In this document: in pieces, positions 8,410 to 16,037 of the stretch | Layout of the letters: every line of letters begins with the position of its first letter | How positions within the stretch are numbered: position 1 is the first letter of the stretch | Assembly: GCA_038128265.1 (NCBI GenBank) | Contig: JAYPJE010000067.1 | Coordinates: 1-20,063 of the forward strand | Origin: Gemmatimonadota bacterium | GTDB lineage: Bacteria; Latescibacterota; UBA2968; UBA8231 | DNA: 20,063 bases | Direction: 5' to 3' | Position numbers and translations under genes: made by a program | The notes under the pieces: model-generated | The model's database searches: none | The model's input: the letters and a program-made list of their open reading frames with translations, nothing else | Told to the model about the DNA's origin: nothing

Positions 8410-9630
8410 ATGGCCTATGACCTGATTTTGCGCGGTGCGCGCGTGCTCGATCCAGCACAAGACATAGATGGTGTGTTGGATGTTGCGGTGCGCGATGGCC
8501 GCATTGCCGCCGTGGCCGAACATATAGCGGAAGAAGGCCGTCACGAGACGAATCTTAGCGGCCAACTGCTGACGCCAGGTTGGATCGATATACACGCCCA
8601 CCTCTACCCGGGTAGCACGACCTGGGGCATTCGCGCCGATGCGCTCTACCTGTCTACAGGCGTGACTACCGCAGTCGACGCTGGCAGTGCTGGGTGGGCC
8701 AATTTGCAGGGCTACCTCGATTACGTCGTCGCTCCAGCGCGCACGCAGTTTCTATCTTTTGTGCACGTCTGTGGAATTGGTCTGACCTACGGGCCGCTGC
8801 CCGAACTGGCCGATATGCGCTACGCCGATGCCGAGCGCACGGCCTTTGTCATAGAGCATTTTGCTGAACACTGCGTCGGTGTCAAAGTGCGCCAAGGCGA
8901 GGGGCAGGTGGCCGACAACGGCGTTGAACCGCTGCGCTTGGCCGTGCAGGCAGCCGAGTGGGCCGGCGTGCCGGTCATGGTGCACATTGGTCGCGGCGTG
9001 CCGCTGCCCGAAGTGCTTGCGCTCATGCGTCCGCGCGACATCGTCACCCACTGCTACCAGGGCACCGGCGACGGCATTGTCGGCGAGGACGAGACCATTC
9101 TCGCCGAGGTGCTTCAGGCGCGGCGGGACGGCATACTATTCGACGTGGGCCACGGCGGCGGCAGCTTTGACTACGGGATCGCTATCAGCGCGCTGGGGCA
9201 GGGCTTTGTCTCCGATGTCATTAGCACCGACTTACATGCCCACAGCTGGGATGTACCGGTAGAGAGCCTGCCGCACACCGCCTCCAAGTTGCTCAACCTC
9301 GGCGTGCCGATAGAGAGTATCGTGCGCCAGTGCACAGCTAACGCCGCTTTTTCCATCGGACGCGAAGGTGAATTGGGCACGCTCAAAGTGGGCAGCGTCG
9401 CCGATATGGCCGCGTTTGAGGTGGTAGAAGGCGCATTTGAGTACCGCGATGTGCGCGGTCGCGTGGAAAAGGGCACGCAGCGCATTGAAGCGCGCCTCTG
9501 CGTGCGTGCGGGCACGCCGTACAGCCCAGAAGAGCTGCGCGGAGAGTTGGAAGAAGACCTGGCGCGCGCGCGCTTCAACAAAGGGCTCAACAGCAAGCGC
9601 CTCAAAGAGTTGGGATGGAGCAAGGCGTGA
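8410..9630 (+). CDS. Amidohydrolase/deacetylase family metallohydrolase (COG3964-like, dihydroorotase-like)
   Basis: Metal ligands and motifs DIHAH, TTAVDAGSAG, GVKVR (carboxylated Lys), MVHIG, THCY, DVGHGGGSF and ISTDLH. Confidence 0.9.
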   Translation: MAYDLILRGARVLDPAQDIDGVLDVAVRDGRIAAVAEHIAEEGRHETNLSGQLLTPGWIDIHAHLYPGSTTWGIRADALYLSTGVTTAVDAGSAGWANLQGYLDYVVAPARTQFLSFVHVCGIGLTYGPLPELADMRYADAERTAFVIEHFAEHCVGVKVRQGEGQVADNGVEPLRLAVQAAEWAGVPVMVHIGRGVPLPEVLALMRPRDIVTHCYQGTGDGIVGEDETILAEVLQARRDGILFDVGHGGGSFDYGIAISALGQGFVSDVISTDLHAHSWDVPVESLPHTASKLLNLGVPIESIVRQCTANAAFSIGREGELGTLKVGSVADMAAFEVVEGAFEYRDVRGRVEKGTQRIEARLCVRAGTPYSPEELRGELEEDLARARFNKGLNSKRLKELGWSKA

Positions 9631-9640
9631 GGCACGCCGC

Positions 9641-11548
9641 ATGATGGTGCGACTCGATGTGAGCACGCGCCGGCCCGTGCTGGATGGGCATATATGGGGG
9701 ACGGCCGGTGCGTATGAACAGGTAGAGGGCAGCGCCCACATTGCGCTGGATCCCCAACACCCGCTCAACGCGGCGATTGTCGATTTGCAGTTGGCGCCGC
9801 GCAACGGCGCGGGCTGCGTCGAGTGCCGCGCCGACTTCTGGATTCTCAAGCCGGTCGATCCGTCCAAGGGCAGCGGCAACCTGCTTTACTACGTGGTCAA
9901 CCGCGGCCGCAAAGGCGCGCTGGGCACGTTTAATCTGGCAGCGGGCTCAAATCGGCCGGAAACCGCGGACGAGTTTGGCGATGGGCTGCTGATGGAGCAT
10001 GGCTTTACCGTGGCCGCCTGTGCCTGGCAGGCCGACGTGCCGCCGTCGGCACCCGACAACCCGCACCTGATGACGCTCGATGTGCCGGCGGTCGCAGTCC
10101 AGGGCCCCGTTAGCTGCGAGATCCTCGTCGACGCGCCGGTGTCCGTGCACTCGTTGGGCAGCCGCTACCATCGGCCCTATGAAGTGGCTCCGGGATCGGA
10201 AGCGACAGCGCAGCTCAGCGTGCGCGATCGCCCCTATGGCGAATCGGAAATCGTCGATCGCCAGCGCTGGTCCTTTACCCGACTCGACGACGGGCGCCCG
10301 GCCATTTGCTTTGCACAGGGCTTCGAACCGGGGCTCATTTACAACTTGGAGTATACGGCCTGCAATCCGGTCGTCATGGGCGCAGGGTTGGCGACTACGC
10401 GCGATTTTGTTGCGCATTTGAAAGACGATGCGCGCTTCTGCATCGAGCGCGCCTATGGCTTTGGCTCGTCGCAGAGCGGGCGCTTTTTGCGCCAGCTGCT
10501 CTACGAGGGGTTCAACGAGAGCGAGAAAGGCCGGCCGGTATTCGACGGCCTGCAGATTAACGTTGCGGGGGCCGGACGCGGTTCGTTTAATCACCGTTTT
10601 GCCCAGCCGTCGCGCCACGCCAGCGCCCACTTTGACGCGTACTATCCGACGGAGCAATTTCCCTTTGCCGATACGCCTCAGCGCGATGGGCCGGGCGAGG
10701 CCGAAGGTGGGTTACTCGATCGCGCCGTCGAGCGCGGCGTCGCTCCCAAGATTTTTCACGTAAACTCGTCGACCGAGTACTGGAATCGCGGCGCGGCGCT
10801 GGTGCACGTCGACGTCGAGGGGCTGCGCGACCTGGTGGTGCCGGCCGATGTGCGCATATACCATTTTGCCAGCACGCAGCACGGGGCGGACGAGCTACCC
10901 GACGGCGCCCATGCGCTGCCCGGGAATCCCGTCCAATTCAAGTTTGGGCACCGCGCGCTTTTGCTCGCGCTCGATGCTTGGGTGCGTGAGGGGGTGGAGC
11001 CGCCGCCGAGCCGCTACCCGACCTTGGCCGATAGTTCGCTAGTTGCTGCCGATTCCGGGGCATTTACCTTTCCGGTGCTGTCGGAGTTAGGTCGACCTAC
11101 GGCGCCGCGGGTCGTACACCGCCTCGACTTTGGTCCGCGCTGGGAAGCGGGCATCAGCGACAGGGCCGTGCCCGCGCTGGGGTTGCCGTACCCGACGCTG
11201 GTGCCGTCAGTAGATGCAGACGGTAACGAGGTCGGGGGTATTCGCCTGCCCGAGGTGTCCGTGCCGTTGGGCACGTTTGTTGGCTGGCGTTTGCGAAGCG
11301 GAGAAATGGGTGCCGACTGGGCTCTGGTGGGTCTGTCGGGAGCGTGGTTGCCTTTTGCCGCTGAGCAGCCTACAGAAGGGGATCCGCGTCCCGCCATTGC
11401 CACGCGCTATGCAAACGCGGACGACTACCAGGCGCGCTGCGTGCAAGCGGCACGAGCGCTAGTGACGCAAGGCTATCTGCTGGAACGCGACGTGGAGCGC
11501 GTGAGCCAGCGCGCGCGCCGCATGTACGAATGGGCTATGTGCCGTTAG
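9641..11548 (+). CDS. Alpha/beta hydrolase domain-containing protein (Abhydrolase_10-like), substrate unknown
   Basis: Nucleophile elbow GSSQSG, plus VVNRG, WQAD, STEYW, STQH and DADGNEVGGIRLP. The start is placed at ATG 9641, just after the amidohydrolase stop; the longer ORF start overlaps the upstream gene. Confidence 0.8.
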   Translation: MMVRLDVSTRRPVLDGHIWGTAGAYEQVEGSAHIALDPQHPLNAAIVDLQLAPRNGAGCVECRADFWILKPVDPSKGSGNLLYYVVNRGRKGALGTFNLAAGSNRPETADEFGDGLLMEHGFTVAACAWQADVPPSAPDNPHLMTLDVPAVAVQGPVSCEILVDAPVSVHSLGSRYHRPYEVAPGSEATAQLSVRDRPYGESEIVDRQRWSFTRLDDGRPAICFAQGFEPGLIYNLEYTACNPVVMGAGLATTRDFVAHLKDDARFCIERAYGFGSSQSGRFLRQLLYEGFNESEKGRPVFDGLQINVAGAGRGSFNHRFAQPSRHASAHFDAYYPTEQFPFADTPQRDGPGEAEGGLLDRAVERGVAPKIFHVNSSTEYWNRGAALVHVDVEGLRDLVVPADVRIYHFASTQHGADELPDGAHALPGNPVQFKFGHRALLLALDAWVREGVEPPPSRYPTLADSSLVAADSGAFTFPVLSELGRPTAPRVVHRLDFGPRWEAGISDRAVPALGLPYPTLVPSVDADGNEVGGIRLPEVSVPLGTFVGWRLRSGEMGADWALVGLSGAWLPFAAEQPTEGDPRPAIATRYANADDYQARCVQAARALVTQGYLLERDVERVSQRARRMYEWAMCR

Positions 11549-11602
11549 ACTATTTTAACCGTTATTCACCGTATTACAGACATTCAAGAAGAGAGGGACG
11601 CA

Positions 11603-12664
11603 GTGCTGCAACACACCGATGACTTACGCATAGAGCAGGTTAAGCCGCTTATTCCACCAGCTATTTTGATGGAGGAATTGCCCCTTACAGAGACGGCATC
11701 GAATACGGTGGCCAATGCGCGCCGCGACGTCGAGGCCATCTTGCGCGGCGACGACGACCGCCTCGCCGTCGTCGTGGGTCCTTGCTCCATTCACGACCCG
11801 GAAGCTGCAATTGAGTACGGCGACCGCCTGCAAAAGGTGGCGGCCAGCCTGTGCGATGACTTGTGCATCATTATGCGCGTCTACTTTGAAAAACCGCGCA
11901 CCACCGTCGGTTGGAAAGGTATGATCAATGACCCCAACCTCGACGGTAGTTTTGATATCAACAACGGTTTGCGCGCTGGTCGCAAACTGCTGCTCGAACT
12001 CACCAATACCGGCCTGCCAGCCGGCTCGGAGTTTCTCGATACGATTTCACCCCAGTTTATTGCCGATCTAATTTCGTGGGGAGCGATTGGTGCACGCACC
12101 ACCGAGAGCCAGATCCACCGCGAATTGGCATCGGGTCTATCGATGCCCGTCGGCTTTAAAAACGGCACGGACGGCACGGTGCAAATCGCCGTTGATGCAA
12201 TTGGCGCAGCGCGTCATCCGCACCACTTTCTCTCCGTCACTAAGCAGGGCATTTCGGCTATTGTCGCCACCGGGGGCAACGACTCCTGTCACGTCATACT
12301 GCGCGGCGGCAACAGCGGTCCCAACTACTCGTCGGCAGACGTTGATGCCGTGGCCGCCCAGCTCAAAGGAGCCGACTTAGCGCATCGGGTGATGATTGAC
12401 TGCAGTCACGGCAACAGCAGCAAAGACCACGCGCGCCAGCCCCTTGTAGCCGAGGAGATCGCCGACCAGCTGGCTGCTGGTTCCGACCACATTTTTGGCG
12501 TCATGTTGGAGAGCCACCTGGTCGAAGGGCGCCAAGACCAAAAACCCGGCCAATCGCTGACCTACGGTCAGAGCATAACCGACGCCTGCATTTCGTGGGA
12601 GACCACAGTCGAGGTGCTGGACAAACTCGCTAGTGCTGTGCGCACGCGGCGCGCGCAGCAGTAA
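11603..12664 (+). CDS. aroG: 3-deoxy-7-phosphoheptulonate (DAHP) synthase, class I-alpha (AroG/AroF/AroH type)
   Basis: Motifs VGPCSIHD, MRVYFEKPRTTVGWKG, IGARTTESQIHRELASG, GFKNGTDG, IDCSHGNS and YGQSITDAC. GTG start with a GAGAGGG SD. The exact paralog name (aroG/F/H) cannot be resolved. Confidence 0.97.
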   Translation: MLQHTDDLRIEQVKPLIPPAILMEELPLTETASNTVANARRDVEAILRGDDDRLAVVVGPCSIHDPEAAIEYGDRLQKVAASLCDDLCIIMRVYFEKPRTTVGWKGMINDPNLDGSFDINNGLRAGRKLLLELTNTGLPAGSEFLDTISPQFIADLISWGAIGARTTESQIHRELASGLSMPVGFKNGTDGTVQIAVDAIGAARHPHHFLSVTKQGISAIVATGGNDSCHVILRGGNSGPNYSSADVDAVAAQLKGADLAHRVMIDCSHGNSSKDHARQPLVAEEIADQLAAGSDHIFGVMLESHLVEGRQDQKPGQSLTYGQSITDACISWETTVEVLDKLASAVRTRRAQQ

Positions 12665-12746
12665 TGAATACCGCGCTAGGATGCCGTAGGAGATGGCAAC
12701 CAGCCCAATCGGCACTGAGCTGGGATCGTGGTGCGACAGAGAGGCC

Positions 12747-13721
12747 ATGTCGCATCTAGGCGCAAAGCCCATCACAGGATCCTGGTTTGAATTCCAGCAT
12801 CACAACCGGGCAGAAGGCGTCTATTGGAACCCGGCCTGTGCGCGATTTAGCGCAGCCGATTGGCACGCTAAAGTAGGGGAGATGGCGGCCATCGGGCTCG
12901 ACTACTTGGTGCTGATGGCCGTCGCGCTCGACTATAAGGCATTCTACCGCAGCGATGTGTTCCCCGCCTGGGATTTGGCCTGTGCCGATCCGCTCGAAGC
13001 GCTGCTCTGCGCCGCCGATCACCATCGGGTAAACGTATTTGTCGGCAACGGTTTTTGGGGTCAGTGGGACAGCCCCGGTATTATCGCCGACCGCGCGGCG
13101 CGTGCGCGCCGCCTGCAGGCCATGGAAGAGTTGGCCCAGCGCTACGGGCACCACGCCAGCTTTTACGGCTGGTACTGGGCCAACGAGGCGGGCATCAACG
13201 GCCATTTCTCTGAGGCCTTTATCGACTACGCGCGCGAATGCAGCCGCTGTGCGCGTGCCCTCATGCCCGACGCGCCAACGATGATCGCTCCCTACGGAAC
13301 AAATAAGGTGCAGGCCGACGATACATACGTGCGCCAGCTCGAGGCGTTGGAAGTGGACATCGTCGCCTACCAGGACGAGATTGGCGTGCAAAAGTCGACG
13401 GTGGAACAGACGCCGGGCTATTACGAAGCCCTGCGCCGCGTGCACGACAAGGTGCCGCAGGTCGCACTGTGGGCCGACGTGGAAATCTTTGAATTTGAGG
13501 GCGCGGTATACAAGAGCCCGCTGTTGCCGGCGCCGTTTGCACGCGTCAGACGGCAGCTCGATGCCGTATCGCCCTACGTAGACGAAATTCTCGTCTACCA
13601 GACGCTGGGTATGGTCAACGCCCCCGATTCGCCGGCCTTTGCCGGCCACAAAGATTCCAGCAAACTCTATGCGGAGTACGCCGGTTGGCTGCAGCACCAC
13701 CACCCCGACAGACTGCGTTGA
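12747..13721 (+). CDS. DUF4434-like putative glycoside hydrolase (TIM barrel)
   Basis: Motifs PITGSWFEF, DPLEALLCAAD, YGHHASFYGWYWANE, AYQDEIG and LWADVEIF. An alternative in-frame start lies at 12693. Confidence 0.78.
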   Translation: MSHLGAKPITGSWFEFQHHNRAEGVYWNPACARFSAADWHAKVGEMAAIGLDYLVLMAVALDYKAFYRSDVFPAWDLACADPLEALLCAADHHRVNVFVGNGFWGQWDSPGIIADRAARARRLQAMEELAQRYGHHASFYGWYWANEAGINGHFSEAFIDYARECSRCARALMPDAPTMIAPYGTNKVQADDTYVRQLEALEVDIVAYQDEIGVQKSTVEQTPGYYEALRRVHDKVPQVALWADVEIFEFEGAVYKSPLLPAPFARVRRQLDAVSPYVDEILVYQTLGMVNAPDSPAFAGHKDSSKLYAEYAGWLQHHHPDRLR

Positions 13722-13734
13722 GATCGGAGCATCC

Positions 13735-14067
13735 ATGAGCTTTGGCATTACCAAGACCATTCCCGCCGACGAGGGCATTGAGCGCGTTGAGAGCCTCTAC
13801 GACGGCAGCGTAGACGAATACGAATTTCACATGGCGGGCACCCCCTCCAAGCTTGGAGTGGGCGACTTTGTCTACACTATTTTCGAACATAAGATTCGCG
13901 GTCGCCTGCAGATTACGCGCCTCGAAGGTGGGGCGGTCAATCCCAAGTCGGGCAAACCGCGCACGCTAGTCTACGTGCGCGCACCGGGCGAACGCCTCGA
14001 CGAACCCATTCCGCGCAAAGGGCATCAGGGTACGCGCTACTACGATGGAGCGGACTGGCCGGGCTAA
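13735..14067 (+). CDS. Small hypothetical protein (110 aa), possibly a PUA/ASCH/EVE-like fold
   Basis: The ATG follows a GGAG SD 13 nt after the previous stop, and codon usage is typical of the window. Motifs LGVGDFVY and EPIPRKGHQGTRYY. Confidence 0.75.
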   Translation: MSFGITKTIPADEGIERVESLYDGSVDEYEFHMAGTPSKLGVGDFVYTIFEHKIRGRLQITRLEGGAVNPKSGKPRTLVYVRAPGERLDEPIPRKGHQGTRYYDGADWPG

Positions 14068-14132
14068 GAGAGGCTGTTCGTCGCGCACCGGTCGGAGCAC
14101 GTTTTTTTAACTGCATTGCGGAGGGGCGCCCC

Positions 14133-14873
14133 GTGCAACTGAATTCCGTAGCATACGAACACTACTGGCAAAAGGGCTGGTGCGTAGTAGAAGGCGTGTT
14201 TGCCGCAGAAGAATGCGATGCTATTGCCGCATTGGCCATGGACATCAGCCAGCGCGAAATGGCCGCCGATTCCAGCTATATGGCGGATCGCTCGGCCGAT
14301 GGGAGCCAGGTTTTACCGCGCAAAATAGCAGGTCCCTTCGCCAAGCACGAGGCTTTTCGCCGCTTTGCGCTGGACGCGCGTCTCCGCGCGTTAGTGGGTC
14401 AATTGCTCGGCGGCGAAGCGCTGCTTGCTACCGACCAAATTTTTATGAAACCGCCGCATTTTGGCTCGGCCAAACCCTACCATCAGGACAACGCCTATTT
14501 TCTGTGCACGCCCGGCGACGGCGTGCTGACGGCGTGGATCGCCCTCGACGACGTCGATGCGGATAACGGCTGTATGCGTTATATCGACGGTTCGCACAGA
14601 GGGCCTATTTTGCCGCACGGTGCCGATCCCGATGAGCCGTATAACAAGGTGCCGCCGCGCGAGCTGATAGATCTCGACCGCGAGTCGCTGGCTCCCGTCA
14701 AAAAGGGGGGAGTGGTCTTTCACCATTCTCAGTGCCTGCACACCTCGCACCGAAACGAATCGGCGCGCTGGCGTCGCGCCTATGCCACCCATTGGGCTAC
14801 AGATGCCGTGCGCGCCGAGAGCAGTGTGATTATCAATGCCTACTTCCAACGCCCGGACTACGCCACCCCTTGA
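14133..14873 (+). CDS. Phytanoyl-CoA dioxygenase (PhyH) family Fe(II)/2-oxoglutarate dioxygenase
   Basis: Motifs FMKPP, YHQD (HxD), WIALDD..ADNGCM..IDGSH, the distal His in CLHTS, and RRAY. GTG start with a GGAGG SD. Confidence 0.93.
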   Translation: MQLNSVAYEHYWQKGWCVVEGVFAAEECDAIAALAMDISQREMAADSSYMADRSADGSQVLPRKIAGPFAKHEAFRRFALDARLRALVGQLLGGEALLATDQIFMKPPHFGSAKPYHQDNAYFLCTPGDGVLTAWIALDDVDADNGCMRYIDGSHRGPILPHGADPDEPYNKVPPRELIDLDRESLAPVKKGGVVFHHSQCLHTSHRNESARWRRAYATHWATDAVRAESSVIINAYFQRPDYATP

Positions 14874-16036
14874 GAAATATCGCCTTTCTCTTCTTATGCG
14901 AGGCGTTCTCGCGCACGGGTAGCATTGTGGTTTTGTCCAGCATGGCGTTGGTGGGTCGCGAGCTGGCTCCGCACGCGGCGCTGGCTACGCTGCCGCTGGC
15001 ACTGGCTCCGGTTAGCACGATGCTAACCACCGTTCCAGCCGCGCGCCTGATGCAGCGACGCGGGCGCAAGCCCGGTTTTGCCCTAGGTGCCTGCATGGGC
15101 ATACTGGGTGGGTTGATGGGCTGTGCGGCTCTGTTCAGCCAGCACTTTGCGCTGCTCTGCTTGGGTGCGATTGGCATTGGCTCGGTCAATGGTTTCTCCA
15201 CCTACTATCGCTTTGCTGCAGCCGAAGTAGTCGATGAGGCGTGGCGCAGTCGCGCCATTTCGCTCGTCATGGCCGGTGGAATTATCGCCGCCGTAGCGGG
15301 CTCGAACCTAGCGACGTGGTCGAGAGACCTGTTTCCAAATCACCTTTTTGCCGGATCCTATCTGGCGATTGCCGGCATTCAGCTGTTGGTGCTGTGTGCG
15401 CTGTCTTTCGTGCGCTTTCCATCGCCGTCGGCGGCAGAAACTGGGGAGGGAGGCCGTTCTCTACGAGAAATTGCCCGCGACGCCCGCTTTGCGCTGGCGC
15501 TCATTGGCGCGGTAGCTAGTTGGGCGGTGATGTCGCTGTTAATGAATGCCACGCCGCTTTCCATGCACCGCCACATGCACAGCTTTGACGATACAGCTTG
15601 GGTTATTCAGTGGCACGTATTGGGTATGTTTGTGCCGTCGTTTTTTACCGGCCATCTCATAAACCGCTTTGGTGAGCGCCAGATTATGGCAGTGGGCCTG
15701 CTGCTCTTGGCCGCCTCTGCGCTGACCAACCTCGGCGGCATCGCGCTGCACAACTACGCGGTGGGTCTCACGCTGCTAGGCGTTGGGTGGAATCTGCTCT
15801 TTGTCGGCGCGACCTCTCTGCTGGCGACGGTCTATCGCCCCGAAGAAAAAGCGCGCGTGCAGTCGGCCAACGATTTTGTCATATACGGACTGATGGTGCT
15901 CACGACGTTTGGTTCGGCGCCGCTGGAAGAAGCGGTTGGCTGGGAGATGCTCAATCTCTTAGCGCTGCCGCTGCTGGCCTGCGTGGGTTTGGCCATGTGG
16001 ACGATGCACCGTCGCGCACAGGCTGCTGCCATCTAG
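14870..16036 (+). CDS. MFS transporter, RfnT-like subfamily
   Basis: About 12 hydrophobic segments, with GRKPGF, YRFAAAE, IQWHVLGMFVPSFFTG, GVGWN and QSANDF. The TTG start overlaps the PhyH stop (TTGA). Confidence 0.88.
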   Translation: MRNIAFLFLCEAFSRTGSIVVLSSMALVGRELAPHAALATLPLALAPVSTMLTTVPAARLMQRRGRKPGFALGACMGILGGLMGCAALFSQHFALLCLGAIGIGSVNGFSTYYRFAAAEVVDEAWRSRAISLVMAGGIIAAVAGSNLATWSRDLFPNHLFAGSYLAIAGIQLLVLCALSFVRFPSPSAAETGEGGRSLREIARDARFALALIGAVASWAVMSLLMNATPLSMHRHMHSFDDTAWVIQWHVLGMFVPSFFTGHLINRFGERQIMAVGLLLLAASALTNLGGIALHNYAVGLTLLGVGWNLLFVGATSLLATVYRPEEKARVQSANDFVIYGLMVLTTFGSAPLEEAVGWEMLNLLALPLLACVGLAMWTMHRRAQAAAI

Positions 16037-16037
16037 C

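Noticed and set aside
8410..9630. Calling the amidohydrolase pyrC (dihydroorotase)
   Set aside because: It lacks the HxHxR substrate-binding Arg of true dihydroorotases, and its motifs fit the COG3964 deacetylase-like group.
12756..13778. 340-aa antisense ORF covering the DUF4434 gene, and similar long shadows at 4689..5639, 1883..2767, 9947..10657 and 19237..19995
   Set aside because: Each mirrors a well-supported gene on the opposite strand and has no recognisable motifs. Such shadows are expected from GC-rich codon bias.
14080..14110. Possible intrinsic terminator (T7 run after GCACCGGTCGGAGC)
   Set aside because: The stem is short and mismatched, too weak to call.
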